From a virus (Duplodnaviria; Caudoviricetes): a stretch of DNA of 64,000 nt. Each line of letters opens with the position of its first letter. The first letter of the stretch is position 1. Of this stretch, positions 1-9,953 are shown in pieces. Under the pieces are notes generated by a model. It was not told where the DNA came from, ran no database searches, and saw only the letters and a list, made by a program, of their open reading frames with translations. The stretch is from IMG/VR virus record IMGVR_UViG_3300032330_000956, positions 15,300 to 79,299 of that record; one strand, 5' to 3'. A program made the translations under genes and the position numbers.

Positions 1-392
1 AATATCATTTTGATATCTTTATGTGTTTCAGCAATGTACTTAAGTTGCTCCTCGTCAAAGCTGAAATTATCTATATTAATGTCACAAAAGATTGGCTTAA
101 ATCCCATTTGAATGATTGGACCAACATTAGTAACCCATGTGCATGCAGGAAGTAATACTTTATCTCCATCCTTTAGACCGTACTTTTCTTTTACGGCAGC
201 AATTAGCAAAGAATTTGCTGTGCTGCCAGAAGATACAAATAAAGAATATTTGGCTCCCAGCCAATTGCTCCACTCTTTTTCGAATTTTTTAACTTTAGGA
301 CCATTTGTAAATTGCTTTGTTGTTAAAACAAATTTAGCCAACTTCATACGATCTTTTGATGTGATTGTGTCTTGCATCAATTTCCAGGTCAT
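1..392 (-). CDS. PLP-dependent DegT/DnrJ/EryC1/StrS-family enzyme, ColD/RfbH-like (partial, runs off window start)
   Basis: Not in ORF track; translated by hand from ATG at 392 (ATGA overlap with fcl stop): [66 protein letters not shown]...GDKVLLPACTWVTNVGPIIQMGFKPIFCDIN; the VSSGSTAN-x-L motif is typical of this family. Confidence 0.85.
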   Translation of the reverse strand, partial: MTWKLMQDTITSKDRMKLAKFVLTTKQFTNGPKVKKFEKEWSNWLGAKYSLFVSSGSTANSLLIAAVKEKYGLKDGDKVLLPACTWVTNVGPIIQMGFKPIFCDINIDNFSFDEEQLKYIAETHKDIKMI

Positions 393-1288
393 ACATTCTC
401 TCCATAACTCAATTTAATTCCATCTATCAACCTTGTAGATTGAAAATCTGGGAATATATTCTTTAGCTTCTCTATAGAAACATCTTTTCTTAATTGACCA
501 TCTGGCTTTTCGCTATCATATATAATGCTCAGGCTGGAGTCGGTGGCAGCCAAAGCAATCTTTGCTATTTCATCTATGGAATAAACTTCATCAGTAGCAA
601 CATTAAAACTTTCATAAACATTTCTATCTATGACCATCTTAATAATTAAAGCTAGGTCTTTAGCATACATAAATTGTCTTAATGGTTTGCCACTTCCAAA
701 TAAAGTAATGTGATCCGAATTAGAATCTTTGGCATCTGAAATCTTTTTTAGTAATGCTGTAACAAAATGACTTTTGTGCTCATCATTCTTATCGCCAAGA
801 CCATACAAATTACAGGGAATTAAATAATTATAATTAGTTCCATATTGCTTATTATACGATTCAATTTGTACCGCCAGACTTCTTTTGGCATAAGCATAAG
901 AAAAATTTGTTTCAGTTGGTGGACCGCTGTGCAGATCTTCTTCTGTCATTGGATACTCTTTTGAAATATCTGGATATATGCAGGTACTTAGAATACCTAA
1001 AAATCTTTTTACACCATAAAGATGAGCATATTTTAGTAACAGAGTATTCATCAGAATATTGTCATCAAAGTATTCGGCGGGCTTATTAATATTATCAATA
1101 ATTCCCCCAACCTTTGCAGCTAAATGAATTACTGTATTTGGGCTAAGTTCCCTATACATTCTTTCAACATCTGATTCTTTGATCAGGTCGTAATCTGAAG
1201 ATGACAAATAAATAGCATTTGGCATAATCTCTTTTAAATAAGATCCTACTAAACCCGATCCCCCAGTAACTACGACACTATCCTTCAC
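389..1288 (-). CDS. fcl: GDP-L-fucose synthase / GDP-colitose synthase-like SDR
   Basis: VTGGSGLVG Rossmann motif, [21 protein letters not shown] (YxxxK), [20 protein letters not shown]. Confidence 0.9.
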   Translation of the reverse strand: MKDSVVVTGGSGLVGSYLKEIMPNAIYLSSSDYDLIKESDVERMYRELSPNTVIHLAAKVGGIIDNINKPAEYFDDNILMNTLLLKYAHLYGVKRFLGILSTCIYPDISKEYPMTEEDLHSGPPTETNFSYAYAKRSLAVQIESYNKQYGTNYNYLIPCNLYGLGDKNDEHKSHFVTALLKKISDAKDSNSDHITLFGSGKPLRQFMYAKDLALIIKMVIDRNVYESFNVATDEVYSIDEIAKIALAATDSSLSIIYDSEKPDGQLRKDVSIEKLKNIFPDFQSTRLIDGIKLSYGENV

Positions 1289-2285
1289 TTAAACACATAT
1301 CTCTAACTAATTCTTTGAAGCTTATTTCAGCTTTCCAGTTTAAAATCATCTTTGCTTTTGTTGAATCTCCCAACAAAGAGTCTACCTCTGTAAGCCTAAA
1401 GTATCTTGGATTCACCTTGATTACTGTGCGATTAGTATTAGTATCAATCCCGACTTCATCTACTCCAGACCCCACCCATTTAATGTTCATGCCAAAATAT
1501 GGCGCACATTCTTGAATAAAATCACGAACAGAGTGTTGTATTCCTGTTGCAATAACAAAATCTTGCGGAGCATATTGCTGAAGCATCATCCACATTGCAC
1601 GAACATAATCTTTGGCATGTCCCCAATCTCTTTTTGCATCCAAGTTGCCAAGTTCCAAAACATCCTGCTTGTTACTTGAAATAGCTTTCAGACCTAAAAC
1701 AATCTTTTGTGTAACAAATGTTTCTCCTCTTCTTGGAGATTCATGATTAAATAAAATACCAGAGCAAGCAAATATTCCATAAGCCTCACGATAATTTTTT
1801 GTAATCCAATGACTATAAAGCTTTGCTATCCCATAAGGTGATTGTGGATGAAATGGAGTATTTTCATTTTGTGGTGGTAGGGATGAGCCAAACATTTCAG
1901 AAGTCGATGCCTGATAGAATTTAACATCTTTTTCCATACCAAGTATTCTAATAGCTTCAAGTATTCTTAGTGTTCCTAGAGCATCTGAATTTGCCGTGTA
2001 TTCTGGAGTTTCAAAGGAAACCTGGACATGGCTTTGTGCACCAAGATTATAAATTTCATTTGGCTTAATTTTGCTAATAATTCTAATAATATTTGTAGAA
2101 TCTGTTAAATCCCCGTAATGTAAATGAAAGTTTGTATTTGTTTCAAATAGGTGATCTACACGCTCTGTATTAAATGATGAGGATCTGCGCTTAATGCCAT
2201 GAACCTCGTATCCTTTTTCCAAGAGAAATTCTGCTAAGTAGGATCCATCCTGTCCAGTAATCCCAGTAATAAGTGCTTTTTTCAT
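1278..2285 (-). CDS. gmd: GDP-mannose 4,6-dehydratase
   Basis: [70 protein letters not shown]. Confidence 0.97.
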   Translation of the reverse strand: MKKALITGITGQDGSYLAEFLLEKGYEVHGIKRRSSSFNTERVDHLFETNTNFHLHYGDLTDSTNIIRIISKIKPNEIYNLGAQSHVQVSFETPEYTANSDALGTLRILEAIRILGMEKDVKFYQASTSEMFGSSLPPQNENTPFHPQSPYGIAKLYSHWITKNYREAYGIFACSGILFNHESPRRGETFVTQKIVLGLKAISSNKQDVLELGNLDAKRDWGHAKDYVRAMWMMLQQYAPQDFVIATGIQHSVRDFIQECAPYFGMNIKWVGSGVDEVGIDTNTNRTVIKVNPRYFRLTEVDSLLGDSTKAKMILNWKAEISFKELVRDMCLSEG

Positions 2286-2434
2286 TATCTCTTCCTAATA
2301 AGCCCAAACTTTTCAAGGGCACGTTGTATGGTCATATGACTACAACCAGCTTCTTTTGCTATTTCAACAATGTTCATTTTTTTAATGATGTATCTATTAT
2401 ACAACCAATCTTTAGATTCGTAAAGTTTTTTCAT
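2285..2434 (-). CDS. small helix-turn-helix protein (49 aa)
   Basis: Hand-translated [49 protein letters not shown]; abuts both neighbours; HTH-like [19 protein letters not shown]. Confidence 0.7.
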   Translation of the reverse strand: MKKLYESKDWLYNRYIIKKMNIVEIAKEAGCSHMTIQRALEKFGLIRKR

Positions 2435-2988
2435 TATACCAACTCATTTACTGCATACCATGCAATACCCGCCGAGTCTGCAACATTGTCATTTGTAGTA
2501 ACAACTCCAAGATCTTTGACAAAATCAATTGTCTTTTGCTTACGCTTTTCTCTAATCTTGGCTTTATACCAGTTGTCAGACTTTCCTGGAAATTCCTGCC
2601 TAACTTCTGCTTTCTGGGCATTATTAAAATTCTTATTTCCGATATAAGACTGCCAAGTAATTGGCGGAACTTCTTTAACCTGAACACCATCATGAAGTAA
2701 TTCCCCCATGATTGCACCAAAGATGTATGCCATTTTTAATCCTGTATTTGCAGATCGAACCATTACGGCTGCTTCAATTGCAAGAAAATCATAATCTAAT
2801 TCAGACTTAAATGCTCTTACTTTTCTCTTTGCATCTAATATTCTGTCATAAACTGTAGATCCTGTAAAGGTAATTTCTCCCCATTTTACTGGAGTTTTCC
2901 CATCCATCAGGCAGAAAGCAATCGTATTTGTGCTTGCATCTACACCAAGAACTTTATGAGAAGCCTTTTTTAATTTAGCTAGAGACAT
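2434..2988 (-). CDS. RuvC-like Holliday junction resolvase
   Basis: VLGVDAST, LAIEAAV, DNVADSAGIA catalytic D/E/D..D pattern. Confidence 0.8.
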   Translation of the reverse strand: MSLAKLKKASHKVLGVDASTNTIAFCLMDGKTPVKWGEITFTGSTVYDRILDAKRKVRAFKSELDYDFLAIEAAVMVRSANTGLKMAYIFGAIMGELLHDGVQVKEVPPITWQSYIGNKNFNNAQKAEVRQEFPGKSDNWYKAKIREKRKQKTIDFVKDLGVVTTNDNVADSAGIAWYAVNELV

Positions 2989-3262
2989 TAAAAATCATCT
3001 CCAAAATTTCTTTTCGTTCTTGTATTTTTTTGTTAGCCTCACATGGTTCGCAAGTCATATTAGAATTATATCTACTAAGTTTAGTCTTGCAATTTCTGTT
3101 GGCGCAGACTCTTTCTTTGCCCGCCAATCTTGCTTTTTTGTCGTAATATTTTTGTTTAATTTTTGCGTTAGTTGCTTCACGGCAGCATTCATCACCACAA
3201 TATTTCATGTTGTGAGTTTTAGGCTCAAACTCGTTACTACAACCCTCATTTGAACATATCAT
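2975..3262 (-). CDS. Cys-rich zinc-finger protein
   Basis: CSNEGC...YCGDECC and CANRNC...CEPC motifs. Confidence 0.65.
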   Translation of the reverse strand: MICSNEGCSNEFEPKTHNMKYCGDECCREATNAKIKQKYYDKKARLAGKERVCANRNCKTKLSRYNSNMTCEPCEANKKIQERKEILEMIFNVSS

Positions 3263-4044
3263 TTAGGTGGCACCATTGATTCAATAGTTACTTCTCCTAC
3301 TAGGGCATCCTTAGCCCAGCATGCTTTTCTAATTGGGCAATACTTACAGGCTGATTGTGATTTAGTAAATCCACGAGTGGGAATTGTTTCATCCTTATAG
3401 GCTTCATAAACTTCACGCAACCAATCATATGTATCGTCAACAAGTTTACGATTTGCTTCTGTCATGTTAATTGGAATAACCAAGAAGTCATTATCATTCT
3501 TATTTTCATAAAAAAAGAATCCTTGATCTACTCCTGCAATATCCATGTAAATTAAAAGTTGTAGTTGGTGATTTCCAGAACCCTGCATCTTTGCTTGTCT
3601 AATTGAATAAACTTCATCTTTGGCAGACTTAATTTCACCAATTACTTCCTTGCCATCCCAATTAACAATAAGGTCAGAATATCCACGAATTGGCGGATCT
3701 GACTTTACCATTTCTCGTTCAATTTCTTTGATACGATCATTAGGAATCTTCTGCATAATTGTTTGCAGCCTGTCGTGAACATACGTTCCATTAAGCATAT
3801 TAGCCTTTGCTTTAGCATCAGCATTATCTTCAAACTCTGTTCCCTCAAAAGCCATGTACCAATAGCGAGCACAATTACCATGACCATAGCCAATGGTGGA
3901 TGGGGCAAATGTTTTCTTTTGGGTAAATCCGTCTCGCTTATCTGCAAGATATGCTGCTTCTACTTCGGCAGCAAATACCATAGGGTCAAACCCACCATCC
4001 TGAATCTTCTTAAACTTTAAGTTTCCAACTATATTTCTACCCAT
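3259..4044 (-). CDS. Cas4-like PD-(D/E)xK exonuclease
   Basis: APSTIG..NCARYWY, RGYSDL, GEIKS, QLQLLIYM, CKYCPIRKAC (4-Cys cluster). Confidence 0.8.
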   Translation of the reverse strand: MGRNIVGNLKFKKIQDGGFDPMVFAAEVEAAYLADKRDGFTQKKTFAPSTIGYGHGNCARYWYMAFEGTEFEDNADAKAKANMLNGTYVHDRLQTIMQKIPNDRIKEIEREMVKSDPPIRGYSDLIVNWDGKEVIGEIKSAKDEVYSIRQAKMQGSGNHQLQLLIYMDIAGVDQGFFFYENKNDNDFLVIPINMTEANRKLVDDTYDWLREVYEAYKDETIPTRGFTKSQSACKYCPIRKACWAKDALVGEVTIESMVPPK

Positions 4045-4367
4045 TATAATCCATATCTCGCTAGGTACTTAACGCTATCTACTAATTTATCAATAGCATC
4101 CGACACCGTGTAATAAACATTTTTCTTTTTAGCGGAATCCCCGCCTTTTTCAAATGTCGTATAGTATCTAGACAACATAGAAAACTTAGCACTTAGTGCT
4201 TGAAGCTTTACGATAAGTTCTGGAGATTTTCCAGCAGGTACATCTGGCTTCATAATTAATTTAATAATCAAATCTAAGGCTTCATCTAGTTCGGGGTCAT
4301 TCATGAATTCTTTTATTTCATTAAATTCGGTTACTTGGCTTACTGCTTCAAGGATGTTATCTGTCAT
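4044..4367 (-). CDS. hypothetical protein
   Basis: 107-aa ORF translationally coupled in replication operon. Confidence 0.7.
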   Translation of the reverse strand: MTDNILEAVSQVTEFNEIKEFMNDPELDEALDLIIKLIMKPDVPAGKSPELIVKLQALSAKFSMLSRYYTTFEKGGDSAKKKNVYYTVSDAIDKLVDSVKYLARYGL

Positions 4368-4435
4368 TCTTGTCCTCCAAGTATTTTTTTACATTGACGT
4401 AGCAATTAATCAATACACCAAACATAATAATAATA

Positions 4436-4747
4436 TCAATTACTATTTTGACATTCATCCCAACACTCCTCCAACTCTTCTAATCTATCCCATTCAATTA
4501 CCGCCAAACGAATCTTATTGGTATCACCCAAGATTAATTTAAGTGCTGGGAACATACTCCGACTTACTTTAAAAGTATCTGTGCATACTTTAGCCCAAAT
4601 TGCTGGACTAATAGAAATAGACTTGGAATACTCTTTGTAGTCTACTACATAATTTTTCCACTTAGCATCGCCTTTTTGATATTGACCACGCCCAGAATTT
4701 TTTTGTAATTTTGCGCCATCACGCTTTGCTTCACTACGCTCTGACAT
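4436..4747 (-). CDS. Hjc-like PD-(D/E)xK nuclease/resolvase
   Basis: SE-x-x-E...NSGRG..KGDA...VDYKE pattern. Confidence 0.55.
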   Translation of the reverse strand: MSERSEAKRDGAKLQKNSGRGQYQKGDAKWKNYVVDYKEYSKSISISPAIWAKVCTDTFKVSRSMFPALKLILGDTNKIRLAVIEWDRLEELEECWDECQNSN

Positions 4748-4932
4748 TACCCCACCTTGATAGTTGATTTATGTTTCTTGGAGCAATACCAAGAAATTTC
4801 TCCAATTGATTCATTGAAGTAAGCAGTATTTGTATACTCCTCGCAAAGCTGACAGCCATAATTTCCATTTAATATTTCTAAGTTTCTTGCTTCTTTTGGA
4901 ACTGGGTTTAAAAAATCATCAAACTTTGTCAT
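4747..4932 (-). CDS. small zinc-ribbon protein
   Basis: CQLC...WYCSKKH; overlaps neighbours. Confidence 0.6.
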   Translation of the reverse strand: MTKFDDFLNPVPKEARNLEILNGNYGCQLCEEYTNTAYFNESIGEISWYCSKKHKSTIKVG

Positions 4933-5923
4933 AAATTTTTTCCCTTAGCGCATCTAGTACATCTGGGAATCCACGAAGATATTCTACAGATTTTGCACGA
5001 CCCTGGAAACGCTCTCCTTCGATTGTATACCAAGATCCGCCTCTCTGAACAATACCCATCATTTCGGCAACGTCCAACACTTCCCCAACGGAATCCACTC
5101 CAACTGTGTCTCCCTGATAATAAAAGTCGTATTGACCACTAAGGTTTGGTGGTCCAAGCTTGTTATAGTCAATAATCCAGTTGACGGGTCTGCCAACTTT
5201 TTGGTCAATGATCTTATCACCAACCTGGATTCCAGATTTAATAGCATTTGCTTCAGCTTCTGATGCCCAGAGTTTAATGATCGTAGATGAAAAGAACTTA
5301 ACTGCCATTCCTCCCGTTGGAATATGAGATGCATGCATAGATCCAAATTGATTTCTCTGCTGGGAAATAAGAACCAATAAGGTGTTCTTATTTGCATAGT
5401 TAAGCATTTTAACCGCATGTGTCATATCCTTTGCTTCCGCACCAATTTGTTTAGTGTCTTGTAGATCTTTAAGGTCATCCCCATCTTTTTCAAAGTAAAT
5501 AGCGGGAAGTAATGCTGAAATAGAATCAACAACAATGATATCTACTTCTGCTTTCATAAGTTGAACAGCAACGTCAACCATATCGTTAATAGATTTTGCT
5601 GGAGAATAAATTAACTTACTAGAGTCAACCCCTAACAGTTCCGCCCATTCAGCGGAATAGGATGCTTCTGAATCAATCCAAGCGCAAGTCTTACCATTTT
5701 TTTGTGCATCAGCAATCATTTGTAAACAAAATGATGACTTACCTGCTGATTTATTTCCCCAGACTAATACCTGTCTGCCAAATCCAAGCCCGCCTCTAAG
5801 TGCGAGGTTTAGACCTATACTGGGAGTTTGCTGTTTTTGAACGTCTACGGTTGTCGCCATTTGAACCCTTTGTCTTGTTTTTGGGTCCAATCTTGCCAGA
5901 ATTTCTTCTGCTACCTGTGTCAT
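4919..5923 (-). CDS. recA: RecA/UvsX-like recombinase
   Basis: TPSIGLNLAL-GG, Walker A GNKSAGKSS, WIDSE, IIVVDSISAL, PTGGMAVKFFSS, GSWY. Confidence 0.93.
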   Translation of the reverse strand: MTQVAEEILARLDPKTRQRVQMATTVDVQKQQTPSIGLNLALRGGLGFGRQVLVWGNKSAGKSSFCLQMIADAQKNGKTCAWIDSEASYSAEWAELLGVDSSKLIYSPAKSINDMVDVAVQLMKAEVDIIVVDSISALLPAIYFEKDGDDLKDLQDTKQIGAEAKDMTHAVKMLNYANKNTLLVLISQQRNQFGSMHASHIPTGGMAVKFFSSTIIKLWASEAEANAIKSGIQVGDKIIDQKVGRPVNWIIDYNKLGPPNLSGQYDFYYQGDTVGVDSVGEVLDVAEMMGIVQRGGSWYTIEGERFQGRAKSVEYLRGFPDVLDALREKIYDKV

Positions 5924-6080
5924 TTAAGCTCTCTTCTAATAATAATGCCAGTTCTTTAATCCATTTTGAGCGACTGGTGCTCAACCTATCTATTAACGCT
6001 AAGATAGAATCTTTGTCTTGACTCTTTATAACTAAAAGGTATTCATCTTCAATACCCTCTAGTATGTAGGCATCGCTCAT
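5796..6080 (-). CDS. hypothetical protein (3' end overlaps recA start)
   Basis: 94-aa ORF downstream of a TATAAT -10; 128-nt overlap with recA ORF. Confidence 0.55.
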   Translation of the reverse strand: MSDAYILEGIEDEYLLVIKSQDKDSILALIDRLSTSRSKWIKELALLLEESLNDTGSRRNSGKIGPKNKTKGSNGDNRRRSKTANSQYRSKPRT

Positions 6081-6121
6081 ATGATTCTATTATAGCGTAT
6101 TTTTATTTGTTTGTCTTTAAA

Positions 6122-6472
6122 TTATGCTAAATTGCCATGCATAGGTGGACGTTCTTTATTAATGCCAATTTTCTTTTCAAGAATATCATCAAACGAAGAC
6201 GTTACCCATCCTGTAGCCTTTGCCCCAGCATAAAAGTCCATTAAGCGAATAAAGATATCTACAAGCTCTTCTACAATTTTTTCTTCACCCTGTTGCTTAC
6301 GCATGGCTTCAAGAACTTCACTTACCTCGGAATGAACTAGGGCAAGCTTGGCAAGCATAAAATCAATGTCTTGAATTGGGGCACTTTCGCTATGCTTGTA
6401 TACCTTAGACCAAAAACCCTTTTTCTTTGCTGTTGCATGCAAGTCGTTTGCTAGATTACTCAGATACTGCAT
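6122..6472 (-). CDS. MazG-like nucleotide pyrophosphohydrolase
   Basis: KLALVHSEVSEVLEAMRK...EELVDIFIRLMD. Confidence 0.8.
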   Translation of the reverse strand: MQYLSNLANDLHATAKKKGFWSKVYKHSESAPIQDIDFMLAKLALVHSEVSEVLEAMRKQQGEEKIVEELVDIFIRLMDFYAGAKATGWVTSSFDDILEKKIGINKERPPMHGNLA

Positions 6473-6665
6473 CTAGATCTCCAACTTCAACTAGGGCAAA
6501 TTGCAATTCGCCTTCTCCAATAGGATCAACTGCTACAGCAAAGTTTGAGTAATCTGCAACCAAGTCTTCCTTATCCATTACAACAATACCTACTTTATTT
6601 AGTACCGCTGCCAAAATTTGTTCAACTGTAATTTGAACTTGCTGTAAATCTAATTCTTCAGCCAT
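6456..6665 (-). CDS. hypothetical acidic protein
   Basis: 69-aa ORF abutting dnaE stop. Confidence 0.6.
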   Translation of the reverse strand: MAEELDLQQVQITVEQILAAVLNKVGIVVMDKEDLVADYSNFAVAVDPIGEGELQFALVEVGDLDAVSE

Positions 6666-9600
6666 TTAATTTATCTCCTTTACGAATGTAGTATCATCAT
6701 CTGATGATTTGATTTCTAATGAACACACAGTTCCCACCCTCATTTTACCAAGAGCTTTTGAATACATTGTTGGAAATACCAACACACGACTCAAAGTCTT
6801 AGTATTATCCGAAAGGATAATGTGTGCCATCATTTTATTTGTTTTTGTTTTGTAATGTGTAAAATCTACAACCAAATGCTTTTCATCTGGAATGTCAATT
6901 GTATCACGATAGAGCCAATTAATAAAGGGATCATCCTTTTTATTAATTACATCTTCAATTTCAACGTAGCGATGAATGCGATTATCTCCGACAAGGAAGA
7001 AATACATATTGCCAGTTTCAATCTGTGTATTTTCGCTATGAAAAATACCAATAGCACCTGTATCGTCTACCAATTCTACACGACTCCAGCCCTTACCCTT
7101 TTTAATAGAGCGAACCATAGCCATAAGAACAAAGCATCCCTCTTCAAGGAATTCTTCAAGTGGTTGAACTTGTGCCTTAATCTTTGGAGCAAGACCTTGA
7201 ATATCAAACTTAGGAATTGTTAGGTACTCATATAAGTTGTCATTCTCATTGCCATGACGAGGATTATCTTTGAAAGAAGCCCCGCCAATTGCATTAAGTG
7301 ATTCAATTGCTCTAGTATTAATTCCACTATTCTTAGTTTTAGAAACCTCTAATAAATGCTCATAATTCTTATAAGGTCTATTTGCAATTAACTTAGAAGC
7401 AATGTTATCGGAGATGTATTTAATATCTCCAAGTCCAAACCTAATTGCTGTACCTTGAATACTAAAGCCAGATTCTGATTCATTGACATGGGGTAGCAAT
7501 ACCTTAATTCCTAGTCGCTTTGCTTCCAACAAATACTCTGTTCGTGCATCTTTGTCTTTTTCATTTTTAAGAATAGAATAAATAAACTCAAGCGGATAGT
7601 AATGCTTAAGCCAAGCAGTCCAATAAGACAACATAGAGTAAGCAACAGCATGACTACGATTAAAAGAATAACCAGCATGAGCCTCAAAATCATGCCACAA
7701 GTGTTCCGCATCTTCTTTAGAAATGTTTTTACTTGCGCCCTCAACGAACTTGTCTCTAAATATATCAAATTCTCTAGCATCCTTTTTCTTACCAATGATC
7801 TTACGAACTTTATCGGCTTCCGCCCATGTCATTCCGCCAAGGTGTACACAAGCTTGCATAACTTGCTCTTGATAAATAATAACACCATATGTGTTTTTTG
7901 TAAAATCTTGCATAATTGGATGAACATACTGAACCATTTCTGTTCCACGCTTGCGATTAACATATGCCCCACCCACCGTATTCATGGCACCTGGTCGAAC
8001 AAGAGCATTTGATGCAACAAGATCCTCAAAATTATCCACACCCATCTTAATTAGTAGATTGGTGTATGGTGTTGCTTCAGCTTGAAATACGCCTCGTGTG
8101 TAGCCGTTAGATAAATCTTTAAAGATCTTTGGATCGTTTAGTTGCAGGGAATGTAAATCAATTTCTTTTCCATCTCTTGATTTAATAATATCTAGTGTAT
8201 CTTTAATTACAGACAAAGATTTAAGACCAAGTGCATCTAGTTTAATTAAACCAATATTTGCAGCATGCTCCATGTCGTATCCAACTACTGGAATGCGACC
8301 AGATACAGAATCATCTGGGTCTTTACGAGTTTCAATTGGTACATACTTAGAGATTGGTTCTTTGGAAACTACAACACCTGCAGCATGCATACCAACAGCA
8401 CGAATTTTTCCACGAAGCATAGAAGCATACTTCATTACCTCTGGATATTTTTCTCTAAACCAGTCTGCGTTTGGATTGCTTTCCAAATCTTCAAATGTTT
8501 CAATACCCTTAAGAGCCTTATTAATTTCTCCAAGCGGTACGCCAAAAGCTCTACCCACATCTCGGACTACACCTTTATCTTTAAAATACTGAAATGTAGA
8601 AATAGATGCAACATGCTTAAACTTTGTACGCAAGTAATCTTTAACTTCACCACGCCGTCTATCCATAAAGTCGGTATCAATATCTGGAAAATCATTACGT
8701 TCAGGATTGATAAAGCGGAAGAACAACAGGTCATATTGAATTGGATCTACATCTGTTATTCCAAGCAAATAGCATACAAGACTTCCTGCAGCACTACCAC
8801 GACCTGGACCAACCATAATATCTTGATCTTTAGCCCAACCAACCATATCTGCTACAACTAAAAAGTATGAGGCAAAATCTTTATTCTTAATTACTTCAAG
8901 TTCTTCTTCAAGTCGTTCAACATAGTCTGATCCATATGCCGTGTCAATAACTGCTAACTTCTCCAATGCTTCTTCGCATAGTTTACGCAATTCATCATTA
9001 GCATTATTCTTAGGCTTAGGCAATAACTCAAGACCCTCGTAAAATTCGTATTCACCAATCTTATTTAATACATCTAACGTATTATCATATAGATCTTCAC
9101 GATCAATACCTTGCTTAAGCATAGACTTTTTAATCTCATCCCGCCCTTGAATGTAAACATCAATCTCCTCAAAAGAAATGGGACGGTCTGGGTAAAGATG
9201 ATTTAATCTTTGAAATACATCTTTAAATTTCTTACCAGACTCATATGTTGCTTCTGCGCCCATCTTAGGCTTTGTAGAAATAATAAGTAGAATCTCTTCT
9301 AAAGCACGTTGTTCTGGTGTATCAAAGTGGGCATCGGAGGTTACAACTGGCTTTACGTTAAATTCATCCGCAAGTTCTAGTAGTTTGTAGTTAAGGTCTG
9401 CAGGATTATGTGCTTGAATCTCCATGTAGAAATCGTCACCAAATCGGTTCTTAAACCAACGAGTATATTCCTTAGCCTTTTCCATGTCCCCACGATCAAT
9501 TGCCTTAGCAATAAGACCATTCATACATCCAGAAATAACAATAATTCCATCGCCATGATCATTTAGTAGTTCCATATCAATTCGTGGCTTATGGTAATAG

Positions 9601-9953
9601 CCCTCAATCCAAGCTTTTTCGGACATAGCCTGAAGATTTTTTAGACCATTCTGATCTTTAGCCAGTAAGATAACATGATTGTATACAGAAGTATTATCAT
9701 CACGCTTCTTAACATCACGCCTATCAAACCTATCGGTGGCAGAAATATAGGCTTCTAGACCTAGTATGGGCTTCATTCCCAATTCTTTTGCAGCAATTTG
9801 CATATCACGATGTGAAGACAATGTGCCATGATCTGTAATAGCCATAGCAGTATGTCCCAATGCTTGACCCGCTACTAAAAGCTCATGTGGGGTGCAAAGA
9901 CCATCCATTAGGCTATAGTGGGAATGAACATGCAAGTGTACAAAATCAGTCAT
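6666..9953 (-). CDS. dnaE: DNA polymerase III alpha subunit (C-family)
   Basis: PHP domain FVHLHVHSHYSLMDG/AITDHG; GPGRGSAAGSLVCYLLGIT; FPDIDTDF; HAAGVV; KLDALGL; YSFNRSHA; C-terminal OB fold; no intein seen. Confidence 0.97.
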   Translation of the reverse strand: MTDFVHLHVHSHYSLMDGLCTPHELLVAGQALGHTAMAITDHGTLSSHRDMQIAAKELGMKPILGLEAYISATDRFDRRDVKKRDDNTSVYNHVILLAKDQNGLKNLQAMSEKAWIEGYYHKPRIDMELLNDHGDGIIVISGCMNGLIAKAIDRGDMEKAKEYTRWFKNRFGDDFYMEIQAHNPADLNYKLLELADEFNVKPVVTSDAHFDTPEQRALEEILLIISTKPKMGAEATYESGKKFKDVFQRLNHLYPDRPISFEEIDVYIQGRDEIKKSMLKQGIDREDLYDNTLDVLNKIGEYEFYEGLELLPKPKNNANDELRKLCEEALEKLAVIDTAYGSDYVERLEEELEVIKNKDFASYFLVVADMVGWAKDQDIMVGPGRGSAAGSLVCYLLGITDVDPIQYDLLFFRFINPERNDFPDIDTDFMDRRRGEVKDYLRTKFKHVASISTFQYFKDKGVVRDVGRAFGVPLGEINKALKGIETFEDLESNPNADWFREKYPEVMKYASMLRGKIRAVGMHAAGVVVSKEPISKYVPIETRKDPDDSVSGRIPVVGYDMEHAANIGLIKLDALGLKSLSVIKDTLDIIKSRDGKEIDLHSLQLNDPKIFKDLSNGYTRGVFQAEATPYTNLLIKMGVDNFEDLVASNALVRPGAMNTVGGAYVNRKRGTEMVQYVHPIMQDFTKNTYGVIIYQEQVMQACVHLGGMTWAEADKVRKIIGKKKDAREFDIFRDKFVEGASKNISKEDAEHLWHDFEAHAGYSFNRSHAVAYSMLSYWTAWLKHYYPLEFIYSILKNEKDKDARTEYLLEAKRLGIKVLLPHVNESESGFSIQGTAIRFGLGDIKYISDNIASKLIANRPYKNYEHLLEVSKTKNSGINTRAIESLNAIGGASFKDNPRHGNENDNLYEYLTIPKFDIQGLAPKIKAQVQPLEEFLEEGCFVLMAMVRSIKKGKGWSRVELVDDTGAIGIFHSENTQIETGNMYFFLVGDNRIHRYVEIEDVINKKDDPFINWLYRDTIDIPDEKHLVVDFTHYKTKTNKMMAHIILSDNTKTLSRVLVFPTMYSKALGKMRVGTVCSLEIKSSDDDTTFVKEIN

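Noticed and set aside
2433-2441. TGGTATAAT as a promoter
   Set aside because: It arises from the last codons and stop of the RuvC-like gene (TTG GTA TAA) and overlaps the next ATG; probably coincidental
3259-4044. Cas4-like gene as evidence of a CRISPR system
   Set aside because: No cas1/cas2 and no repeat-spacer array; solo Cas4-like nucleases are normal in phage recombination modules
6666-9953. Inteins or introns in dnaE, dnaB, nrdJ
   Set aside because: Lengths are ordinary and the conserved motifs are contiguous; no C/S...HN-C/S/T splice junctions seen
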